From an uncultured Cytophagia bacterium (GTDB lineage: Bacteria > Zhuqueibacterota > Zhuqueibacteria > Thermofontimicrobiales > Thiofontviventaceae), in NCBI GenBank assembly GCA_964498785.1, contig CAZCJL010000021.1, positions 2,818-66,817 of the forward strand: a DNA stretch of 64,000 nucleotides. Reading direction: 5' to 3'. The notes beneath the pieces were generated by a model that saw nothing but the letters and a program-made list of their open reading frames with translations, was not told where the DNA came from and made no database searches. The translations under genes were made by a program, and so were the position numbers. Shown in pieces: positions 56,722-64,000 of this stretch (position 1 is the first letter of the stretch; each line of letters begins with the position of its first letter).

Positions 56722-58501
56722 TTATAAATTTAGTTCCTTTTCCGATTTCACTTTCAACTTTAATTTCACCGTTGTGCTTTTGAATTATATTATAACTAAT
56801 CGATAGTCCGAGACCAGTACCAACCCCAACCCCCTTGGTAGTAAATCCCGGATCAAAAATTTGCTCCAGATGTTCTGTTTTTATTCCAGGACCGGTATCT
56901 TCAAATTCAATAAATATTCTGGAGTCTTCAAGCCTTGTGCTGATTCGAATTATTCCTTTATCCTTGATAGCCTGAACGCTGTTTGAAATAATATTCATAA
57001 ACACTTGATTTAACTCATCTGGAAAACAAACGATTTTCGGCAGATCAGTATATTTTTTGTGTATAATAATCCTGTTTTTGATTTCGTGCTGCAATAGCAT
57101 TAGCGTGCTGTCAATACCTTCGTGAATATCAACGCTTTGGTAATTCGCTTCATCAAGACGAGCAAAGGTTTTTAGGCTGCGCACAATTTTGACCACCCGG
57201 CTACTGGCTGTGACTGTCAACCGGGTATTTTCTTTCAGTACTTTTAATGCATAGTTAAATTTTTTATCATTCAGCATTTCAGATGATGATCCGATAGATT
57301 CCAGCGCTTCACAGATTTTTTTCACGGCTCGTTGTGATACATCAGCCGCGCTGTTAATCGCACCGATGGGATTATTAATTTCATGCGCAATTCCTGCGGC
57401 TAAATTACCCAGGGACGCCATTTTTGCAGTTTGTACCAGTTTTGCCTGAGTCTCTTTTAACTGACGATGAGATTCCTCCAATGCCTGGTATGCTTTTTGG
57501 AGTTCATGCGCTTTTTCCAATTCAATCGACTTTCTCTCGTTCTCTGCTTGCAATGCCCGGGCTCTTAAATGCGCCACTTCCAAATCTTTTGCTTTGTGTT
57601 CATTTTCTTTTTCGATTCGACGCCGCTCGCGTTCTTCTTCAAGCACAAGCTGTTGTTTTTCCTTGATTGTTTTCACCATTTGATTAAACGCCTCGACGAG
57701 CTGACCGATTTCGTCTTCCGTTTTCACGTCCATTCGATAGTCCCAATTCCCTGCGGCAACGATTTTTGTAGCCCGCACCAGTTCAAGCAGGGGAGAGGTA
57801 ATTCTTCTTGAAAAGAAATAACCCACTGCAATGGAAATGGACGCAATCAGAATAAAAACAATGCTGAACACGATCAAATATGGGCGCTTTGGATCACCGC
57901 CAACAACATTCAAGGTTTTAAACATTTGATTGACTTCGATGATGTGTCGGGCAAATTCAGCAAACTGTTCATCAAGGATTTTAAAAACAGTAATGAATCC
58001 CAGTTTTCGATTATTGATATAAACAGGCGCCGATATAAAAATGGAATTTGGAGTGGTACCCTCGCTGATAAAATCAGCATTTTTACGGGTAAAAAGTGCT
58101 TGCAAAATTTTCGGGGATAGCTCTGGGTATGGATATGCTGTTGAATCCTGAACAGTTGTAATGAGCTCTGACTGTGAATTATAAATAGTGATCTGGCTCA
58201 TTCCATTTTTGCTTAGTTTTTTTAAAAAACCAGCGCTCGGTATTTTCTCCCGGGATACGATTTGTTTTATTTCTGCAGAGTTGGCAATTTGTGAACAAGC
58301 TTTTAGCGCGTCGTCTTTATAAACCGAATGAAGTCTTTTGGAAACCCAGGCACCTTCTTCAACAGCGCGTTCAATTTCATCGTTGAATTTCATACGAATG
58401 CTACTCTCTAACAATCGTTTCACTAAATAATGAGACGGAATGATTAGCAGCAGGGTGGCCAGCAATAATGAAAGCGCCAATTTTGTTTGAATATGATTCA
58501 C
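56651..58501 (-). CDS. Membrane sensor histidine kinase (periplasmic sensor, HAMP, long coiled coil, HisKA, HATPase_c)
   Basis: 616 aa with two TM segments flanking a periplasmic domain of about 180 aa.
- HAMP region: …VAAGNWDYRMDVKTEDEIGQLVEAFNQMV….
- H-box: HEINNPIGAI.
- G2 box: GTGLGLSISYNIIQKHNGEI. Confidence 0.85.
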   Translation of the reverse strand: MNHIQTKLALSLLLATLLLIIPSHYLVKRLLESSIRMKFNDEIERAVEEGAWVSKRLHSVYKDDALKACSQIANSAEIKQIVSREKIPSAGFLKKLSKNGMSQITIYNSQSELITTVQDSTAYPYPELSPKILQALFTRKNADFISEGTTPNSIFISAPVYINNRKLGFITVFKILDEQFAEFARHIIEVNQMFKTLNVVGGDPKRPYLIVFSIVFILIASISIAVGYFFSRRITSPLLELVRATKIVAAGNWDYRMDVKTEDEIGQLVEAFNQMVKTIKEKQQLVLEEERERRRIEKENEHKAKDLEVAHLRARALQAENERKSIELEKAHELQKAYQALEESHRQLKETQAKLVQTAKMASLGNLAAGIAHEINNPIGAINSAADVSQRAVKKICEALESIGSSSEMLNDKKFNYALKVLKENTRLTVTASSRVVKIVRSLKTFARLDEANYQSVDIHEGIDSTLMLLQHEIKNRIIIHKKYTDLPKIVCFPDELNQVFMNIISNSVQAIKDKGIIRISTRLEDSRIFIEFEDTGPGIKTEHLEQIFDPGFTTKGVGVGTGLGLSISYNIIQKHNGEIKVESEIGKGTKFIIELPYIPEEGENNGTNDNSDARR

Positions 58502-59205
58502 TTAAGAATAAGCTTTCCTTTTGTATTTATTGAAAAGTGTCGGGACTTGAACCAATCCGATCTGTGTTGAAGCCGGCTTTTACGGCCAATAAAAAAAGAC
58601 AACATTTTATCGACATTTAATTGAAAACCGCTTGTTCGCCCTCCGGACAATAAAATTTCATCTGGTTGTTCAGGATTGCGCAGCCATTCAACGGCCTTGT
58701 GTCCTTGCTCCGCAGAAATTGGCAAAATCTGCGCACGTATTTTTATATAATAAATCTTACCTGCATCAAGTAAGCCGCTGTGGAATAATTTTAAACCGGA
58801 AATGGCTGAACCATGAGACGTTGCTTGTTCAAATGTGTCAAAATAAATAGTGGTGTCAGATTTTTCTATTTGATAACGCTCGTCCCAGATGTCATAAGAA
58901 ATTGAATATATAATCGATTTATCGAAAATTGTGGGGCCACCAGATTCTGCGACATTGATTTCAAACCGAATGATCGAAGACAGTCCGCTTTGAATTGTGC
59001 TAACTATTTTCCGGGAAAATAAATTTTCAATGGATGCTGAAATAGCAAATTGCTTTTCAATAATTTCCGGTTGAATTTTGGCAACAACAATTTCCGTTTT
59101 ATCACTGGCGTTACCAGGACAATGTGTAATGCTGATAGCCCAGAAACTTAAAAGCAATACGCGCCATATTTTTGTTGTAAATATTATTTTCAGGATAGAT
59201 TTCAT
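58498..59205 (-). CDS. DUF4390-like secreted protein coupled to the sensor kinase
   Basis: 235 aa with a signal peptide and a 4-nt overlap with the kinase start. DUF4390 proteins are typically encoded next to sensor kinases, but I assign the family from memory. Confidence 0.4.
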   Translation of the reverse strand: MKSILKIIFTTKIWRVLLLSFWAISITHCPGNASDKTEIVVAKIQPEIIEKQFAISASIENLFSRKIVSTIQSGLSSIIRFEINVAESGGPTIFDKSIIYSISYDIWDERYQIEKSDTTIYFDTFEQATSHGSAISGLKLFHSGLLDAGKIYYIKIRAQILPISAEQGHKAVEWLRNPEQPDEILLSGGRTSGFQLNVDKMLSFFIGRKSRLQHRSDWFKSRHFSINTKGKLILK

Positions 59206-59213
59206 GCCGCAAC

Positions 59214-60554
59214 CTAAAATGTATTTTCCAAACCGACGTTTAAATAAACCGGGCTTTTGCCAACGCGGTTTATGGGAACAGATAAATCGAAGCGAACAAT
59301 TCCTAGTACCGGTAGCTTGATGCGGTATCCGAGTCCTGTGGCCGCGTGAATGTCATTCAGCCGTGGTTGTTGTTTGGGCGACCAAATTCCGCCAAAATCA
59401 AAAAATGTCACTGCTGTATGTTTATGATTTGGGAAATTTTTCGTTGATAACGGGAGCCGGAGCTCGAACTGAGTGAGCATGAATTTATTGCCCCATCCCA
59501 GCGGAGTCAGGCGACCGAAGGAGTAGCCGCGCAGCGAGTAGGACCCGCCAAGATAAAAGCGCTCGTAAAACGGCGCTCGACTGGTGGTATGGCCGGCTTC
59601 AAAATGAAATGCGAACACTTGCTTATTTCGGAGTGGCCTGTAAATTCGTGCATCAAACGAAAGTTTGGGATAGAAAGTCGATTCAGACAGATTTTTATAA
59701 ATCAACTCTCCGGAGAGTGCTCCCCAATTTCCGGTAACAGGGTAGGCCGAATTATCGCGGGTATCGATTTGATAACCAGCGCCAAAAGCAATTGAGGTTG
59801 TATTTGAAAAGTCTTTTTTAAAAAACGGGTACAATTCTTTAATACGTTCCGGCCTGTTGTGAGAAATTCGTAACAAACCAAAAGCTCCGCGATAAATGTG
59901 AGTGCTCCCTCCAACTTTCATTCGAAATCCAAACGAATTTAAATAGGAAATAGTGTCTTGTGCTTCGTAATAATGAATAAATTCCTGTGATTCTTTATAC
60001 AGTTCAAAATCAATATATCCATTTGAATCGAAAAGATATGGATTGCGATAAGTGATAAAATTGCCGGAAACCCGATCCCCGATTTTCATTTGCCAGCCAA
60101 TGAGATTTCCATGTCCGAAAAAATTGTCAAACCGGAAACTGACGGGAATGATGTACCACCCATTCAAATCACTATGCCCACCTTCAAACCGATAATATGG
60201 CCAGGTGCGCTCCAATATTTCTACGACAACAATCACCAAACCTTTTTGTGAACCAGGCCGGGTATAGATTTCCGCTTCTTTAAAAAAATTGCTCTGCTCT
60301 AATCGTTCGGTATTATCAATTAATTCGGCAGGATTTAGCACATCCCCCGGCTTTATCGTCATTTGCCTGAAAATGACCTCAGGTTTTGTCTTTTTGTTTC
60401 CTTCAATTTCAATGTCTTCAATAATAAGCTCACGGCTCTTTGTTTGCGTTTCACAAAATGCAGAGCTATTCCTGAATAGGCACATCAAAAAAATGAACAA
60501 AAAAATGTATTTGTTTAATAATTTCATAAGCAAACTTGTTGTGATTAATCGCAT
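59214..60554 (-). CDS. Omp85-family outer-membrane protein with a single POTRA domain
   Basis: It has a signal peptide and one POTRA-like unit (ELIIEDIEIEGNKKTKPEVIFRQMTIKPGDVL…). The bacterial-surface-antigen beta-barrel follows, ending in the aromatic C-terminal motif …YLNVGLENTF. Confidence 0.65.
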   Translation of the reverse strand: MRLITTSLLMKLLNKYIFLFIFLMCLFRNSSAFCETQTKSRELIIEDIEIEGNKKTKPEVIFRQMTIKPGDVLNPAELIDNTERLEQSNFFKEAEIYTRPGSQKGLVIVVVEILERTWPYYRFEGGHSDLNGWYIIPVSFRFDNFFGHGNLIGWQMKIGDRVSGNFITYRNPYLFDSNGYIDFELYKESQEFIHYYEAQDTISYLNSFGFRMKVGGSTHIYRGAFGLLRISHNRPERIKELYPFFKKDFSNTTSIAFGAGYQIDTRDNSAYPVTGNWGALSGELIYKNLSESTFYPKLSFDARIYRPLRNKQVFAFHFEAGHTTSRAPFYERFYLGGSYSLRGYSFGRLTPLGWGNKFMLTQFELRLPLSTKNFPNHKHTAVTFFDFGGIWSPKQQPRLNDIHAATGLGYRIKLPVLGIVRFDLSVPINRVGKSPVYLNVGLENTF

Positions 60555-60904
60555 TGCTCAAGTTTTTTCTGATCTGATTGTTTCAATCCCTTTACAACCA
60601 GATTATACGAATCATCGATCATTGTTAATATCATATCTTCATGAATGCTACCATTTAGGATAACAGAATTCCAGTGGTCTTTATTCATGTGATAACCTGG
60701 AATAACGGCGTCATATATCGCACGCAGAGCCAATGCATGTTCCGGATCGCATTTTAAGTTTATGCGCAACGGATTTTCCTGCCAGCCAACAAGGGCATAC
60801 ATTTTTCCCATCACCTTAAATACAAGCGCGGTGGGCCCAAACGGCATTTCTTCGGTGACGCCTTTTTTCGTTAATAAATATGTTCGTAATTGTTCAAGTT
60901 TCAT
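60545..60904 (-). CDS. MmcQ/YjbR-family protein
   Basis: From the internal Met: MKLEQLRTYLLTKKGVTEEMPFGPTALVFKVMGKMYALV… is the YjbR signature. The annotated TTG-initiated N-extension is probably spurious. Confidence 0.65.
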   Translation of the reverse strand: MKLEQLRTYLLTKKGVTEEMPFGPTALVFKVMGKMYALVGWQENPLRINLKCDPEHALALRAIYDAVIPGYHMNKDHWNSVILNGSIHEDMILTMIDDSYNLVVKGLKQSDQKKLEQCD

Positions 60905-61071
60905 GTTAGTGCTATTTGATAATAAATAGAAAATAATACAATATTTCATGAACAATGTCAAGCAAAAAGAAAAGCGATTTAATCGCTCTGGTATACGCTT
61001 TTCAAAAACACCTTGTTTCTGTATCAGAAAATGTTTATATTCGGATTTTTAATGTATACAGGAGTTAATAA

Positions 61072-62397
61072 ATGAATACTGAGAAAATGAAAATGTCACC
61101 TTTCCCGCGCACTTTCTGGGTAAGTAATTCCATGGAAATATTTGAACGCATGGCCTGGTACGGTTTTTGGGCAGTATCAACGCTATATCTCACTGCACCA
61201 GTAGAGGACGGAGGACTTGGATTTTCGTCTGAACAGCGTGGATTGATCCAGGGAATTGTTCCCTTTATTCTTTACCTGCTGCCCGTGTTAACCGGAGCTC
61301 TGGCCGATCGTTATGGTTATAAAAAAACACTGATCATTGCATACTCAATTTTAACGCCAGGTTATTATTTATTAGGCCAATTCACTTCATTTCACGGATT
61401 TTTTCTGATTTTTCTTTTTGTTGCAATTGGCGCTGCTACTTTTAAGCCAATCATTGTGGGAACTATCGCCCGGGTAACAGATAAAAGCAATTCTGCGGTC
61501 GGATTTGGTATTTTTTATCAAATGGTAAACATCGGCGGATTTCTCGGGCCGATTGTCGCTGGTATTGTTCGGGCGATGGCATGGAAATATGTATTTATTG
61601 CTTCAACCGTCTGGATTGGGATTGATTTTCTTTTGGTCACAATTTTCTTCAAAGAACCAACGACAGAATCGGCGTCACAAAACAGGCGCTCGTTAGTGAA
61701 AGTTTTAAAGGACTCGGCATTGGTGTTAAAAAACTGGCGCTTTGTATTGTTCCTGTTTATTCTATCCGGATTCTGGACAGTTTGGAATCAGGTCTTTCTA
61801 TCGATGCCGGAATACATCCGGGATTTTGTCGATACGCGGGATATATTGACAACAGTTCTTGTTGTGACTCGTACTCTTGGCCTTGAAGGATGGTCTGTGG
61901 CGTTACAAAATGCGATAAGCGCCGGGGCACAGGTAAATCCGGAATATATCATTAATGTTGATGCCGGATGTATTATCTTGTTTCAGGTAATTCTTTCCTG
62001 GGCAATTTCCCGTATGAAAGACTTTAATGTTATGATTTTCGGTACGATTCTCGTAGGGGGCGGATTCGCGCTCACTGCATTTATGCAAAGTGGTTGGCCT
62101 CTTGTGTTCGCGATTGTTATTATTGCATTCGGAGAAATGATGGCTTCACCAAAAAGTCAGGAATATACCGGCCACATTGCCCCTGACGATAAAAAAGCCC
62201 TGTATATGGGATATTATTTTGTTTGTATCGCTTTAGGTAATTTGTTCGGCGGTATTCTGAGCGGGCAGCTATATGGCCATTTTGCCAGGGATTTACAGCG
62301 GCCGGATATCATGTGGCTCATTTTCGGATTGTTGGGATTGGGCACGGCATTTGTGTTATTTCTCTATAATCGATTTTTAATTTTAAGAAATAAATAG
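61072..62397 (+). CDS. Proton-dependent oligopeptide transporter (POT/PTR2)-like MFS transporter
   Basis: About 12 TM segments. It has the ExxERFxYYG-like motif (MEIFERMAWYGFW) and a PTR2-type GALADRYGYKKTL motif. Confidence 0.6.
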   Translation: MNTEKMKMSPFPRTFWVSNSMEIFERMAWYGFWAVSTLYLTAPVEDGGLGFSSEQRGLIQGIVPFILYLLPVLTGALADRYGYKKTLIIAYSILTPGYYLLGQFTSFHGFFLIFLFVAIGAATFKPIIVGTIARVTDKSNSAVGFGIFYQMVNIGGFLGPIVAGIVRAMAWKYVFIASTVWIGIDFLLVTIFFKEPTTESASQNRRSLVKVLKDSALVLKNWRFVLFLFILSGFWTVWNQVFLSMPEYIRDFVDTRDILTTVLVVTRTLGLEGWSVALQNAISAGAQVNPEYIINVDAGCIILFQVILSWAISRMKDFNVMIFGTILVGGGFALTAFMQSGWPLVFAIVIIAFGEMMASPKSQEYTGHIAPDDKKALYMGYYFVCIALGNLFGGILSGQLYGHFARDLQRPDIMWLIFGLLGLGTAFVLFLYNRFLILRNK

Positions 62398-62661
62398 TAT
62401 TGTTTCCGTTGAATATGTAAAAGATGTTATATAAAACAACAATAGATCATTGTGTTTAAGATAAATACATTCGTTTCTTAATCAACTTATTAAAAATAAT
62501 AGAAATGAATATTAAACAATGCTTCGGTCGAATATGAAAAATAAAAAGAGGCCTAATTATCTCAAATAAAATATCTTATTTCAAATATTTCGCTTGCATT
62601 TCGTTTTAAAAAAAGTATCTTATGATTGAACAAAATTAATATTTTCGTATCGGAGGAAAAT

Positions 62662-63771
62662 ATGAATATAGGTATCCCGAAAGAGATATCGATTGAAGAA
62701 AAAAGAATATTCCTGGCTCCCCAGGGGATATATTCACTGGTTAAAGAGGGTCATAAGGTGTATATCGAAAAAGGCGCCGGGTTGGATGGTCATTTCTACG
62801 ACGAAGATTTTCAAAAAGTTGGAGCAGAAATTGTTTTTTCACATGAAGAAGCATTTAAAAGAGCCGACCTGGTGGTCAAAGTAATGCCGCCAACAGAGGA
62901 GGAGTGCGAACTGCTTCGTGAAAATCATATTGTTTTCTCTTTCTTGCAATTAGCATTACGCACCGTAAAAGGGATGCAGGCCCTGATCGACAAAAAAATT
63001 ACTTCTATCGGCATAGAATTAATTGAAACAGTTGATGGAAAAAAACCGGTACTTGAAGTGATCGGTGAAATTGCCGGTAGTATGCTGCCGCAAATCGCCG
63101 GACGCTATCTGGAAGGAACCCACGGAGGACGGGGAATTACAATTAGTGGCGTCCCGGGGATACCGCCTGCTTCGATCGTTATTTTAGGCGTCGGAAATAT
63201 TGGTTCTCACGCTGTAGAGGCTTTTTTAGGGCTTGGCGCACAAGTTTATGTGCTGGATACGGACATTCAACAGCTCAGATATATTGATTTGCATTCTCGA
63301 AAACGCGCAATTACGGCGGTATCAAATAGTTTTAATATTGAACGCGCTCTAAAATTTGCTGATGTTGTTATTAGTTCGGTTTATGAATATGGTAAAAAAA
63401 CCCCTGTAATTGTGACAAAAGAGATGCTATCATTCATGAAGCAGGGAGCACTGGTAATCGATGTTGCAATCGATCAGGGAGGGAGCCTTGAAACCAGTCG
63501 TCCCACAACACATTCTGATCCGATCTATAATGTCGATGGAATCATTCATTATTGTGTGCCAAATATTTCATCGGCTGTTTCACGTACTGCTTCGCGTGCT
63601 TTAAATAATGTGATTCTGCCCTATATTTTAGAAATCGGTGAAATTGGTTTGCAGCATGTTTTAAAAACAAATCAGGAATTATTAAAAGGCGTGTTTTCAC
63701 ATGATGGTTATTGTACAAATAAAGGAATTGCCAATATCTTTTCCACCCCGTTTAAGGAACTTAAATTTTAA
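62662..63771 (+). CDS. ald: Alanine dehydrogenase (AlaDH/PNT family)
   Basis: Starts at the second Met (MNIGIPKE) with a GGAGG SD 5 nt upstream. It has an AlaDH/PNT N-domain and the NAD-binding motif ILGVGNIGSHA. Confidence 0.8.
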   Translation: MNIGIPKEISIEEKRIFLAPQGIYSLVKEGHKVYIEKGAGLDGHFYDEDFQKVGAEIVFSHEEAFKRADLVVKVMPPTEEECELLRENHIVFSFLQLALRTVKGMQALIDKKITSIGIELIETVDGKKPVLEVIGEIAGSMLPQIAGRYLEGTHGGRGITISGVPGIPPASIVILGVGNIGSHAVEAFLGLGAQVYVLDTDIQQLRYIDLHSRKRAITAVSNSFNIERALKFADVVISSVYEYGKKTPVIVTKEMLSFMKQGALVIDVAIDQGGSLETSRPTTHSDPIYNVDGIIHYCVPNISSAVSRTASRALNNVILPYILEIGEIGLQHVLKTNQELLKGVFSHDGYCTNKGIANIFSTPFKELKF

Positions 63772-63792
63772 AAAAAATCAAAAGAGTAATAT

Positions 63793-64000
63793 ATGAAGTG
63801 GATTGAGAATTTTAAACAAAAGATTACAACCCCGGAAAACGCTGCTTCGTTGGTAAATAGTGGTGATCGCATATATATATCAGGCAATGCAGCGACGCCT
63901 TATACACTGGTAAAGGCGCTTGCGGCCCGTAAGGACGAGTTACAAGACGTCGATGTGGTACATGTATTATTATTAGGAGACGATCCCCTGTCCCAACCAG
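63793..64000 (+). CDS. Acetyl-CoA hydrolase/transferase family protein (5' fragment, runs off the window)
   Basis: MKWIENFKQKITTPENAASLVNSGDRIYISGNAATPYTLVKALAARKDELQDVDVVHVLLLGD is the N-terminus typical of 4-hydroxybutyrate / acetyl-CoA CoA-transferases. Confidence 0.6.
   Translation, partial: MKWIENFKQKITTPENAASLVNSGDRIYISGNAATPYTLVKALAARKDELQDVDVVHVLLLGDDPLSQP

Noticed and set aside
1-64000. CRISPR arrays, transposases, integrases, phage or other mobile-element genes, rRNA and tRNA genes
   Set aside because: No direct-repeat/spacer periodicity, DDE/tyrosine-recombinase motifs or tRNA-like cloverleaf sequences were seen in any intergenic region. I therefore interpret the gvp cluster as chromosomal rather than carried on an obvious mobile element within this window.

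Overview
This 64-kb window comes from an AT-rich (~40% GC), Shine-Dalgarno-using diderm bacterium. The Lnt/BamD/Omp85/FadL-like envelope genes and a 1584-aa protein with a T9SS-type C-terminal sorting domain suggest a member of or relative of the FCB superphylum; this is my inference. 

Layout:
- 1-5281 (-): a complete mrpABCDEFG Na+/H+ antiporter operon.
- 5282-6164: an 880-bp divergent regulatory region carrying Fur-box-like palindromes.
- 6165-10919 (+): a giant signal-peptide/PA14/CARDB-repeat/T9SS-CTD surface protein.
- 11286-11831 (+): a SpoU-family RNA methyltransferase.
- 12198-24110 (+): a roughly 12-kb gas vesicle (gvp) gene cluster with unusual architecture. This is the most interesting part of the window. 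It contains a gvpA almost identical to cyanobacterial GvpA. Two internally repeated coiled-coil proteins sit in the gvpC position. It also encodes gvpN, gvpO, three GvpF/L paralogs (one fused to a DnaJ J-domain), gvpG, a GvpJ/M-GvpK fusion and gvpJ. These are followed by a chaperone-like module (Hsp20, a CDC48-type double-ring AAA+ ATPase, an Hsp20-like protein), a stand-alone response regulator and an unknown protein.
- 24113-64000: mostly housekeeping and envelope genes. These include a NUDIX hydrolase, a Crp/Fnr regulator, plsC, nadD, a BamD-like protein and lnt. There are two tandem RelA/SpoT paralogs with reciprocal domain degeneration. Further on are dnaB, a family-4 UDG and the Firmicutes-like block yicC-remA-gmk-rpoZ-coaBC. 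Then come mutS, nadK, xseBA, a hybrid receiver-PAS-GAF histidine kinase, an unannotated 30-aa Lys/Arg-rich small protein with a strong SD, HU, sppA and an ECF sigma/anti-sigma pair. The window ends with an M49-like lipoprotein peptidase, a CDF transporter, an orphan HAMP histidine kinase with DUF4390, a single-POTRA Omp85, a POT transporter, alanine dehydrogenase and the start of an acetyl-CoA hydrolase/transferase gene.

I saw no CRISPR array, transposase, integrase, rRNA or convincing tRNA. All calls rest on motif recognition by eye, with no database search. Manually derived coordinates for alternative starts and hairpins may be off by 1-2 nt.
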